In this document: piece after piece, positions 30,477 to 42,993 of the stretch
Layout: each line of letters starts with the position of its first letter
Position numbering within the stretch: position 1 is the stretch's first letter
Assembly (NCBI RefSeq): GCF_009914755.1
Contig: NC_060930.1
DNA length: 64,000 nt
Strand: one strand, 5' to 3'
Source: the human T2T-CHM13v2.0 reference genome, Homo sapiens
The notes under the pieces: model-generated
Told to the model about the DNA's origin: nothing
The model's input: the letters and a program-made list of their open reading frames with translations, nothing else
The model's database searches: none
Made by a program: the position numbers and the translations under genes

Positions 30477-30835
30477 TGTATTAGTCCATTCTCATGCTGC
30501 TATGAAGAAATACCTGAGACTGGGTAATTTATAAATAAAAGAGATTTGATTGACTCACAGTTTCTTATGGCTGGGGAGGCCTCAGGAAACTTATAATCAT
30601 GGCTGAAGGCACCTCTTCCCAGGGCAGCAGGAGAGAGAATGAGTGCAAACAGGGGAAACATCAGACACTTATAAAACCATCAGATTCTCACGAGACTCAC
30701 TCATTATCACGAAAACAGCATGGGGGAAACTGCCCCCATGATCCAATTACCTCTACCTGGTCCCGCCCATGACACGTGGGGATTATTATAATTCAAGGTG
30801 AGATTTGGGTAGGGACACAGAGCCAAACCATATTA
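30477..30835 (-). mobile_element. THE1C-like MaLR solo LTR
   Basis: tgtattagtccattctcatgctgctatgaagaaatacctgagactgggtaattt ... ggcacctcttc ... gggacacagagccaaacca; TSD acctc / acctt. Confidence 0.88.
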
Positions 30836-30889
30836 ACCTTCTAGGGAGAGAGAGAAAAACAGACGGTTCCAGGACCAGGTTTGAGAAAC

Positions 30890-31420
30890 TGTGGCAGGAG
30901 GACAGGGTCTGGAGTCAGGGAACCCAGGCTGATTCACGCTGACTACCTAGAACTAAATGAAAAGGAAAACCCCACCTCTGCACAACCAACTAACAAAAGA
31001 ATCAGAGCTTACTCCCTTTGCAACCCACCCCCGACCTTTTTTCTGCCTTGGAGATGAAAAATTAAAGTACCTCTGATTGGTCCCTTCCTGCAACCAATCA
31101 GACTGGTCATAGGCCAAGTCTTCATGTGTAACTTTGTAACTTCACTTCAGCCTCTGATTGGTCACCTTCTACAACCTATTAGACTGGTTGCAGGCCACTA
31201 CTTCATTTACATAGGGTGTAAACCAAGTAACCAATGGGAAACCTCTAGAGGGTATTTAAACCCCAGAAAATTCTGTAATAGGCTTTCTTGAGCCGCTTGC
31301 TGGAGCACACTCCTGCTCTGTGGCGTGTACTTTTGTTTCAATAAATCTGGGTTGGTTTATGCATTTTGTCTAATTCTGTGTTCAAAACACCAAGAACCTG
31401 GACACCTTCTACCAGTAACA
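30890..31420 (+). mobile_element. MER51-like ERV1 solo LTR
   Basis: tgtggcaggaggacagggtctggagtcagggaacc ... four CCAAT boxes, TATTTAAA, AATAAA ... ccagtaaca. Confidence 0.8.
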
Positions 31421-32275
31421 GAACTACCACATTCAGAGGTTGAACTTGAAGGTGATGTCAATGAAGGAGAATGAGAAGGAGCAGGCAATGAGATTTTAGG
31501 AAAATGTGATGTCAAGAAAGCTAAGAGAGGAGAGTGCTTCAGGACACAGGGAGTGTCAAATCTTATATTACTTCTGTTTAGTGTTTTAGTTCTATTAAAC
31601 TAACCATAATTGGTTGTTGATGGGGTTTTTTTAGTTTTTGGGTTTTTGTTTGTTTGCTTGCTTGTTTTTGTGGACAATACTTATTTTGGTTTAATTCCTT
31701 TTTTTGCTTACTGTCCTTTCTTGAATTCCACGCCTTCCATCTGGCTTATTTTGTTTGTTTTTTGTTTTGTTTTGCTCAGGAATTAGATAAATAACTCATT
31801 TAGTGAGGGTGAGCTTCTTGGTTTGTAAGTGTCAGAAAATATGTTTGTTCAGCTCTTAATCTTGAGTGATTGTTTTGGGTATAAAATTCTAGGTGGACAT
31901 TTTCCTTCAGCATTTGATGATACGATTACATTGTCTTTCTACATCAATTAACGCTAATAAAAAGCCTACTTTTATTTTGATTAGTATCTTTATAGGTTTT
32001 CTTTCTTTGGTAGTTTTTAAGAGTTTCTCTTTGTTTATGATAATCTGTAATTTCATTACGATGTATTTAGGTGAAGATTTTGGTTTTGCACTATTCAGAA
32101 CTTAATGTACTTTTTTCAACTTAAGATTTAAGTCTTGCAATTTGAGAAAATTTTCTAACATATCTCTTTAAATATTGTCTCTTCCAAATTTTTTTATTCT
32201 CATTTGAATCTTAGTTAACTTAAATTGGAGCTTCTCATTTTATCTTCCATGCGTCAACCTGTCTTTCATACTTCC

Positions 32276-32915
32276 CGAGACAGATCCAGGTTTTTTGGGA
32301 CCTGCAGTTTAGACAATCTGGGAGTCTTTATGGACTCCCAGAAAAGATCTGGGAAAGGATACAAAAGTATGAGTAGAAAATTAGATATGAAGTACATATT
32401 TCTTTAGAATGAGAAAAGTAAATCACACAAATTGTAAATTGAAACAAAACAAACAAATTCTACAAACATAATAAACTCCAGAAAAATATTGTAATATGTA
32501 TATTAACTACTGGAATACCTCCATAATAGTTTTATTCTTCTTCGTCTTTGGGTGCATATTTTCCTGTGACAATAATTATGTAATATATTTTTCAATTGAG
32601 GGAATGAAAAATATTTAATCTCTCCTCTAGCTTGGTTATTACTGACAGTTTTTTTTAGTGCCACAAGTCATCATTGGTCAAAAAATGTGCATGGACTCTT
32701 CAGTGCTATCTAACATAAGAAAAGTATGACAGAAGCCAAGTGGAATGAAAAAATTCTGCAGTCTTCATCAATTGCAGTTAAAAATCTCACTTTGCAAATT
32801 CTTTTAGCAACATATAACAATATAAACACACTGCTAAGGAGGAGCATATGCTGAAGGGTCTATGCAATTGAGAGGCCTAGAGCTTAAGCATCATTACTTC
32901 ATTATAAATCTGGTA
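32276..32915. mobile_element. hAT-Tip100-like DNA transposon remnant within old L1M-like sequence
   Basis: Termini gatccaggttttttgggacctg and gcttaagcatcattacttcattataaatc resemble recalled Tip100-family ends. Confidence 0.4.
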
Positions 32916-35900
32916 AATCAGTCTCTGTATATTTCCTGTTTCTTTATTTCTTTCTGCTGTATTCTTATTTCTTCAATTCTATTTTGCATTTCATTAATTC
33001 TCTTTTCGATGAAGTTAGTCTACCATTTAGCCCATCTATTGACTTTTTCACTTCAATGACTTTTTTTAAATCTCTGAAATTGTTTTTTCTTTTTCATGCC
33101 TTCCTATCATTTTCAAAAAATAATATCTATTATTCAGTTTATTCTTCCTATATTCTAAACATTTTAAAGATACTGATATTTTAATTTATCCTAAGTTGCT
33201 CTATTATCTGTAATTCCAGTCATTGGAATGCTTCCAATCATTATAGGGGCAAACAATCACAGGGTAGTAGACTGCCTTGGTGTTTTGTAGTTTTGATTGT
33301 GTGCTAATTATGATGACAGTCTTACATGTGCCCTGGCTTATGAAGGCATCTCCATGGAGCACTCTTCTGTTTATCTTTATGAATACAGCCCAGATCTGAC
33401 ACTTTATCATACACAGGGCCTGCAGTTTTGACACCATCTTTGCACTAGTATTAAAATCCCATCCCCTTATTGAAAACAGATGTAAGATAATTTGCTCATT
33501 CAGGAAATAGCAGATTTAGGAGGATAAATATTGTTATTTTTCCATGGATAGAGGTAGAAGTTGATACCACTCACCAACACAAACACACATAGAACTGGAA
33601 AGATGGTCACTAGCAGCTCCCAGTATCAATTTCCAACAGCTTTATGACTGGAGAGAGAAATAAACTTCTATCTTCCAGTTTCGGTTTGCAAATTCCAGTG
33701 TACAATGCTCCTCTTGAATGTGGTATTCAGAACCAAATGGCCTGATGTGAGCCAAACATCATTAAAAAAATAATAACTCTTATTCCATTGAGATCAACAT
33801 TCTAATTCTGTTTACATGATTGCAGAGTTTTCTTGCAGCTACTGGCTGATGTTTTTAATCACCTGTTATTTTTCACATGTGGACACAAGTACTCAACATA
33901 GGAATCCTCCATTCTGTAATTGTATGATTAATTTTTTACACCCAAATTTAGGGATTATATGTATCCCTTTTACATTTAATCTTACAACTTTCCCCACATA
34001 ATATCCAAGGTTTTTTTTAGAATATTTATTCTACCATCTGGGTGAACAGATGGATGGATGGATAAAACATCTAACATTACTCCACTCAGTAGAGCTGACT
34101 GTTTTACAGTCAGCAGTGCTGTTCTAAAACTATTTCAAGCTCTGGATCCTGCTTCTATTATTTCCCTATCATTGCCCCACTTTCTCACTTTTTTTTGGAT
34201 ATTGCAAGCAGCCACCACTAGCAGCCAAGGAAATTGCAACTGAAGAGAAAAGCTTATCATGAAGAAATAGTAATTTGTGAAGTGGTACCCCAGTGGCCTG
34301 GATTATTAAAGGCTCCCAATGAGCCCAACTCCCTTTGGAGGAGCAGTTTATGCAGTAGGAGAAGCTGATTTAACACATTTGTGATTCTGTAACCCCTCCT
34401 GGTACTGGGTATGCTATCACCAACTCTGCTAAGTGATCAAGTTTCATGGCACATGTAATGATAGCACAGCGGGACTTCAGTAAACAACAAAAATTAAGAG
34501 GTAGCTAGAGAAAGCAAACAATTATGGAAGAGAAGACTTAAGGATGGGGAGAGTTGGCTGCTAAAGGCAGAAAATTCTTCCTGTTTCAGGCTTAAGTTTA
34601 GGGAAACATAAATATGGTAGTCTATTGTACAACTGTCCAATCAGAATGGGTTTTGGCCACTATCAGCCTGGGAATGTTTGTAACAAGCAATTTTAAGAGT
34701 TATTTGGCTGATTATTAGTCCCTGAAACCATTCTGTCATTCTGTGCTAAATAATAATAGTAATAATCATAATAATAATTTCAAATTCTTTCACACAATGA
34801 TCTTTTAAAAACTCAGCACACTCTGATTCCTAGCAAAATATTATTTGATAAGGGATATGGCATCGTATTACTAATCTCTCAAAAGCTCTTGAGGGATATC
34901 ATGTTATCCCATTGGATATCTCTGACTATAGTCTTGGTTAAATGAATGATCTCCCTAGAGATGATGAGTCTAACAGGTATAAAAGACTTGATTCTTTTAT
35001 TAAGTGATTATTTTTCTCAAAATTGTAAAGTCCTCTGTGTGTATATTTAAACCCTAGAATTGATTGTATTTCCCCTTATATAACTCCCCTAAAGAAAAAA
35101 TGTCTATAAACCTATCAGAGTTCTCTTTTGGGAGATCTTCACTCGTGTTAATGTTTCTGCCATGCCTCCAAAAGCTCCCTTCCACATTCCAAATTTTCCC
35201 TTCATTGTATCTTCATTTTTTATTGACGTATTCATAGAAGGAAAATCTGTTTCTTGGTTTTCTGGTGGTGTGCTTAACCCATATTTTCTTTCAATAAAGT
35301 GAATATGTATAATGAGACATTATTATAGATTTTAAAATGCTGACAGCACCACAAATATCATAAAATCCAGAAAATAACAAAATAATTAACTGCTTGGCAA
35401 TCACCATAATCCTTTTGCTGTTGTCGTTGTTGTTGTTACCTACACTTTTTTTTGTTGTTTTTTGTTTGTAAAATACATGTAGCAGAAAATGTATCATACT
35501 TTAAAATGCTAAAGATTAGCATTTGTGATTCACTATATGCTGATTGTTTTGAAAAGCTCCTTCATGGGTCCTATTTCATGTTTGAAAGATGCTAGCCAAA
35601 ATCCCTCCTAAGCAAAGAGGAAATTGCTTCTTCTTCCTTGATTCTGGATTGTCTTCTTCATCCTCTTCAGGAATAGAGAAAGCAAGGAGGCTGGGCAAGT
35701 CAGTGAATCCCAATTCCCATGTAGCTGTCGGCTGCAGCCCTGACAAAGCCTCTGCAATGTCTCTCCTAGGGGACTTAGCTGAGCAGTGCCTGAGCTGTGC
35801 AGCCCCACCTTGGTAGCAAACATCTTCATGTGCTGATTTCTTGTCAGGGTAATGATTGCCCAGGATGGTGATTTCTTGTACAGGGTCACTGTTGTGTTTC

Positions 35901-36659
35901 GTGAATATGTGAGTATGTTGGAGCGGGGTGTTGGAGGAAAGATCTTTAGCTCAGCAAACAACAAATCAGCAAATCTACCAAAGTCTCAGTCTCTGCCCCA
36001 AGATAACGAAAAAGTATAAATTCTGGTTTGATTTTAATTGACTAGAATTAGATTTAAAAAGACAGATTTCAGTTTTTCTGTGTTAAGACTAAGTGCCTTT
36101 TCATTTATGTTGTTTGTTAAGTAATATACACAGAAAATAAACACAGATGAAAACTACGCTGACCTAAATAACTATTTGCCTTGTCTTCTTCAGATGTAAT
36201 TTGAAAGCCTGGATAAAGAAAATAAAGTTCCTTAGGGTTTCATGTGATTACAAAGGAAACACTCCAGAAAACTAAAATGGCAAATATATTTAAGGTAATT
36301 CTCAGTGAATAGACTTGGGTTGCCACGATCCATTTTATTATTGCTTTTCTAAATTGCTTTCTTACCGTTCTCTGCCAGAGCCTCAGATCAATCTCTAGGA
36401 ACTGTTGCGAGAACTTGTCCAATGTAATGACACCTGGCACAGAGCTGTAATTATTTTACGTGCAGGGCATGTTATGCTGTGCACTAGGTCTTTCGCTTCA
36501 TTAAAAGACTTTGAGTCTCATAGTAGGCTTTAAGCACAAAAGAGGGCATCATACAGCAAATGTTTTAGTTTAAGTAGAATTTCTCCAGAAAGCAAGGAGC
36601 ACAAGGTCATGGGCATTTGGGAAATGAGAGGTGGTGGGGAGGCATGTAGAGCACAGCAT

Positions 36660-37421
36660 GTGTTATTGATTTATTGCCTCTCAGCTCCAAATCCTCCTTT
36701 CTTTCCATGGAGCTGAATTCTGTAAATACCTTCCCATCACCAGCTGGCCCAATGTTCAGCTCTGTGAGTGGAGGAGCACTGGAGGAAAGAGTATTTTCTC
36801 TTGCTCTGCTGTACTCACCTTGCTGGGCTCCTGCAGATGGTGCAGTTGTTTCAACAGTGCCTAGGGTCCAGCAGCAAGTGCTCCCACCTGTGGCAGCTTC
36901 CCCAGCATACCCTTGGGATCTGAAGTGCCTCACTGCGGCCAGCTTTCCAGCACTCTCGTTTTGGGCAGCTTCCTAGGGGAAGGTCCACTCCAGTTCTCTG
37001 CACACTTCCCTGAGGAAGCTTCATAATAGAGTATTAGTGAGCATGGTTTCTCCCCCAAAACAGTTTCCCCAGCTTCCCACAGTCTGTAGAGTTCTGAGGC
37101 ACAGCACCTTCATGAGGACAGCTTCCCTCGAACTGCAGGGGGAGGATTTCCAGCAAGTCCCACCAGAGCGGTGCCACAGTGAACTGCTCCATGCCCCTCC
37201 ACAGTTGGTATCTCAGCCCCTGGAGGAGTGGCCTTTTTCTTGGGTGCTCTATCCCAGCCCCAGGGTTGTGGCTCTCCCTATGTCTACTGTTCTTTACTTG
37301 TTTGCATTCTCCATGCCTCTATTAGCCGATTCCTCATTACTGAAATCCCCTATTAGTTATTTATGTTAAACTTTCTCTATTTTTATGTGATTTCTGTCTC
37401 CTGTTGGACTCTGACTGATAG
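36660..37421 (+). mobile_element. Old ERVL-type solo LTR (LTR41-like)
   Basis: GC-richer block from ttgcctctcagctccaaatcc to ttctgtctcctgttggactctgactgataga. Confidence 0.55.
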
Positions 37422-39314
37422 AACCCCTCAGTGACAAAGAAGAGAGAAAGGTTCTCAGTGCTTCACAGAAAGAAATGCTGCTTTTCCCCTGAGCATTTCT
37501 GTTCCATTTACCCATCTTCCTAACAACACCCTCCCTGCTCTCTGTGCTTGGTCATCAATGGCTTAACCCCATTGAATATTCTTCCCATAAAGGTCTCCTA
37601 CTTCCCTCACTCCCAATTTCCCCAAATCTGTGCCTGTCTTAGACAAAATCTTCGGGGGATGAGTAAGAAAAATCACTTTAATTTCTTCATGAAATGTACC
37701 AAAGTAAAACCTGCACCTTGACCTTTAAGAAAATTCCCAACTTTATATTCTGTAACAGATACTTGAATAAGACTCTGACTTGATCAATATTGCAAACTGC
37801 CAAGTTTGTGAAAGTTCCTGAAAATCATGCTGAGAAACAGCAGAAATTTGTTCATAATATGAAGGTCAGTTGAGAATTTCTGAATTGCATTGGACAGGAT
37901 CAGAGCCACGATGGCCTGGTTTGACACTATAATCTGTCTCAACCATGGCACACAGAAAATCGGTGTTCATTATATAATTTTCCAGTGCATGACCAGAGTA
38001 GTGACAAATTTACTTCCCATGATGATTATAAATAAAAGGAATGCACTGTAAGTGCAAGTTAGAGATGCTGAAATATACATTACACTTACTTCTTTGATCT
38101 GATTCCTCTACTGGCCTTTATCCTCTTGGCCCAAATAGACATGTGCTCCAATTATTTCTCTAGGTGTAGGTAAATTTAATCTCACCTACAAAAACAAAGA
38201 TTCATTTGAAAAATTAGCATCTGAGCATAAAATATGAAACAAACAATGGACTTTTGTCCAATAACAGAAATACATGACCAGATTCCATTTCACAAGCATG
38301 CTGCAAAGTACAGAGCTATTCATTTTATATCTGAAACCCATTCATTTAAGAATACAACGTAAAACCCAGTTCCCAAAACCTGCATAAATATTGTACTGAG
38401 GCTCAGCCTAGGTAGTGCTTGGCCTTGCAACTTTCATTTTGATATACATTATGGTCTGTTCACCTCTTCAATTAGTCTCAGAGGTGAAAGACATAGAGGA
38501 TTTTTCTCTTGAAGCACTATGAATCTCAGAGGGTATAGTAGCGGAAGGGTTTTAGGGGGTGGAACAGGGTGAGAGCTGAATGGGGCCCATATAGGGTATG
38601 TGCAGAGTGTCGTGTGGATTCGAGTGCTAAAGATGAGGATGGCCTTGGGGTCTGGGGCCTCTGGAGGTAATCAGCATATATAGAGATGAATGACACCATG
38701 ATATTAATCCTGGCCGACCCTAGTCAGATAGCAGAAACAAGACTTTGGGTGCTGAGGAGTAGAGAAGTCAAAATATAGAAAATGCTAGAAAAAGAACTTA
38801 ACAAAGATAAATGTGGAGAGTGGGATGAGTGGTGCAGAGGACTGCTATTTTTTTTAAGCCATTAATTTGTTAAAAAGTAAAATGGTCTGAAAGGCATCAT
38901 TTTGATAATAATTTTAAAAACTAATTTTGAGCCACAGATAAAGATCCAATGAAGCCTCTCAAACCCCGCCAACATCTCTGAAAGCCTAAGGCCCTGAAAC
39001 TATGAGTTACAGTCCTTGTTACATTCCAAATGTTTATCTAAAACCCAGACCTGCCTCTCAGTCTCCTATCCCACATATCCAAATGCCTTTTCAACATATC
39101 TACTTGTATGTCTAATAGGAACTTCAAATTTTATATGTCCAGAACCCAAATCCTGATCTTTTTCTCCCTATTATCACCAAAACTAAAACTAAAACAAACT
39201 CCTCCATAGAAGTTATACATAACCAAATTGCTCAGATCATTTCATTGCATAATTCCCTCCAAATCATTTGCCTCCTCTCGCTTTGTTTGCGGTCTTATGT
39301 TTTTTATGCTTTTT

Positions 39315-39842
39315 AAATTTTTTTGACAAAATACATGTAACATAAAATTTATGATTAACATTTTTAAGTGTATACTTCAGTAGTATTAACTACATTCACA
39401 TTGTTGTGCAACCATAACCATTATCCATCTCCAGAACTCTTTTCATCTTGCAAATCTGAAACTCTGTACCCCTTAAACAACAAATACCTGGCAACCACCA
39501 CCTAATTTCTGTCTCTATGAATTTAAATACTCTAGGTATCTCATATAAGTGGAACCATACAGAATGCATCCTTTTGTGACTGGCTTATTTCACTTAACAT
39601 ATTGTCCTCAAGGTTCATCCATGTATCAGAATTTCCTTCCTTTTTAAGGCTGAATAATATTGCATTGTATGTATACACCACATTTTGTTTATCCATTCAT
39701 CTGTCAAAGGACACTTGTAATGCCTCCATCTTTGGCTATTTGAATAATGCTCTTCTAAACACAAGTGTACAAATATCTGTCTGAGACTCTTCTTTTAATT
39801 CTTTTGGATATATACCCAGAAGTGAAATGGTTGGATCAAATT
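39315..39842 (-). mobile_element. L1MB 3' end
   Basis: taacataaaattt...tttaagtgtata...ttgtgcaacc...ccagaactcttttcatcttgcaaatctgaaactctgtaccc. Confidence 0.82.
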
Positions 39843-40039
39843 GTTTGGTGTATTCTTTGGCAAAACTAGAACCCTGGTCAAATTCTCTCTCTCTCTCTCT
39901 CTTTCCCCGCCCCTACCTGCCCCCGTCTCTCACTCTCTCTCTCTCTCTCTCTGTGCCTAATTTAACCCTGCACTCCTACAGCTGTTCATGGCAGCAGAAG
40001 AAACAAAAACATTAAATTCTCTCAATTCACAACTAAAAA

Positions 40040-40152
40040 CTAGTATGACCAACCACCCTGGTTTGCCCAGGACTATTCCATTTTTAGCACTGAAAGTCTA
40101 AATCCCAGAAAACCCATGAATTCCAAGCAAACTGGGACAGTGTGTCACCCTA
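40040..40152. mobile_element. MER81 (hAT-Blackjack MITE)
   Basis: Imperfect TIRs tagtatgaccaac / gtgtcacccta; internal ttttagcactgaaagtc. Confidence 0.78.
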
Positions 40153-42158
40153 CCAGAAACGTGAAACAGGCCTTGATCGCACCTTGCAATCAATTGTACT
40201 TTCCTAGGCCTTTTATCCTCCTACTCCCTCCATCTCCCCAATCCTTTCCCTGATAACCACCATTCCACCCTCTGCTACTATGAGTTAAACACTTTAACTT
40301 TTTGAATTTCTACATATATGTGAGATCATGTTGTATTTGTCATTTCATTCACACCTTCTACTCACTCCTTAAGCCTCCAGCACATCTCCTCTCCTCACAA
40401 CTGATTATCTTGATTCCTATTCCAATGATTAAACAGAAGCATCCAGAAATTAACTTTCTGATTCCTACCACCATCTACCCACTTGCCATGGTCTATACCC
40501 ACAATCTTTGACTTCCCTTCTAGTACCTATCTGTAAATCATCCATTTACCTAGAGAGGAACTCTCCGTGTTCCTCTCTAAAGCCACTTCCTTGTTTTGTG
40601 AACTACATCCCATTCCTTCTCATCTACTGAAGAAACTCTCTGTAGCAATTATCCCCTCATTTTAAACATCAATTTCTCCTTTACTGGGTTATTTCCAAAA
40701 ACAATAAAATATTCCGTTATTACTCCTATGATTAAAAAAAAAAAAAAGAAAAACAACCCCACTTCCCGTCAGCTGTTAGACCATATCTCTAATCTTCTTT
40801 ACAAGCAAAACTCTCTGAAAGCATTTTCACATATTTTCTCCAATTCTTCTCCTTTCAGTCTCTCTTAAACCCTCTTGAACCTAGGTTTTTGTTCCCTACC
40901 ATGATATTAAATCTGCTCTTGTCAAAATCACCAATGATCTTTATGTTGCTAAATTCAATGATTGATTTTCAGCCCTCTTGTTACTTGTTAATAACATTTG
41001 GTAAGTTAGATGAGTTACATCTGATAGGTTGATATACTTGGTCAGTCCTTGTTATCTAATACATTGCTGGGTCTTCATCCTGTCTCCTCATTTCCTTTTC
41101 TTCTCTTTCTTGACTTCTGAAAATCTGGTGTGCTCTATATCTGTTTTTGGCCCTTATCTCTTTTAGATTCATACTTTTCAAGAAAAAGTTTTTAATTTTA
41201 AAAAATTGAAAAAAGAGTAGATATTTATGGTGTACATGATGTTTGAAAACATACATATGTATATGTAGTGGAATGGCTAAATCAACCTAATTAACATATG
41301 TATTATCTCACATATTTGTGATGATAAAATCTTTTTCATCAATTTTCAAGCATATAATACATTGTTATTTTTGTACAATAGATTTCTTGAACTTGTTCCT
41401 CCTGTCTAACCAAAATTTTGTAAGCTTTGATGAACATCTCCCCAATCCCTTCCCAGCCAACCCCTGGTAACCACTATTCGACCCTCTGCTACTACGAGTT
41501 AAACATTTTAACTTTTTGAATTTCTACATATATGTGAGATCATGTTGTATTTGTCATTTCATTCTTGGCTCATTTCACTTAAATAGTGTTCTTTAGGTTC
41601 ATCCATGTTGTCACAAATAGCAGAATTTTCTGTTTGTAAGGCTGTATAGTATTCCACTGTGTATATATCCCACATTTTCTTTATCCACTCATCCACTGAT
41701 GGACACTTGGGGTGATTCCATATCTTTATCTTGGCTATAGTGAATTGTGCTACAATGAACATGTGAGTGCTGGTGTCTCTTCAACATACTGATCTCATTT
41801 CCTTTGGATATATGCCCAGTAATGGGATTGCTGGATCACATGGTAGTTCTATTTTTAATTTTTTGAGAAACCTCAATACCAGTTTCCATAATGACTTTGT
41901 GACTCCCACCAACAGCGTGCAAGGGTTCCCTCTCCTCCACATCCTCACCCACACTCGTTACCTTTTGTCTTTTTGATAACAGTCATTCTAACAGCTGTAA
42001 GGTGATAGTTCACTGTGGTTTTAATTTGTATCTCTCTGATGATTAGTCATGTTGAAGATTTCTTCTATATCTGCTGGCCATTTGTATGTCTTCTTTTGAA
42101 AGATGTCTATTGATGGGGTTCAGGACATAATACCTCAAAATATGACACGTTGGCATTT

Positions 42159-42993
42159 TGAAACCACCCTTACAAGGCTGATGAGAATTATAAGCCAAGA
42201 TTTCAGCAGAATTATAGTTAGGCATTAACCAGGGTGCATTGGTGAACCTAGATCCACTTTCTTACAGCTGCTGACTAAGAATCTACGTAGAGCATGCTGA
42301 CCCGGCTCCTGCATTGTTCCCGTAGATAAGATTTGTGATATAAAATTATAAAACCTTTTGTACTCAATAATTGCTTAAGGTATTTTTCGTTTTTATTTTA
42401 TTTTTTATTGAGACGGAGTCTCGCTCTGCTCTCCAAGCTGTTCAAGCCATTCTCTTGTATCAGCCTTCTGGGTAGCAGGGATTACAGATGCGCGCCACCC
42501 ATGGCTGGCTAATTTTTGTATTTTTTAGTAGAGACGGGGTTTTGCCACCTTAGCCAGGTTGGTCTCGAACTCCTGACCTCAAGTGATCTTGCCTCGACCT
42601 CCTAGAGGGCTGGATTACAGGCGTGAGCCACCACACTCAGCCAAGAATTGCGTAAGGTATTTTTAAATCCTTAATTCCAGCAGAATGGCTGATGCTAACC
42701 AGTCTGAAGACTCCCCTTACAAGGGAACTGACAGCACAAGAATGCGGTTTCTATATCACCCTGTCCGATGATTTCACATCTCACTTCTTGACCAACTGGC
42801 AATCCCCACACTTCAGCCTATTACCCATCCAGACCCCTTAAAACCCCTACCCTCAAACCTCTTGGGAAGGTAGATTTGAGGTTTCTTCTTGTCAAGCTGC
42901 CCTACAATTATTAAACTTTTTTTCTGTTGCAACCCCTGGTGTCTCGGTATATTTACTCACTGTGCATTAAGCAATGAACCTATTACAGTTACA
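42159..42993 (+). mobile_element. ERV1 solo LTR (LTR54/MER72-like) nested in MER34A
   Basis: TG...CA ends (tgaaacc ... cagttaca) with perfect 4-bp TSD ATTT; ATTAAA near the 3' end. Confidence 0.78.
42388..42642 (-). mobile_element. AluS with an internal deletion, nested in the inner LTR
   Basis: TSD aattgc(t/g)taaggtattttt at 42369 and 42646. Confidence 0.9.
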
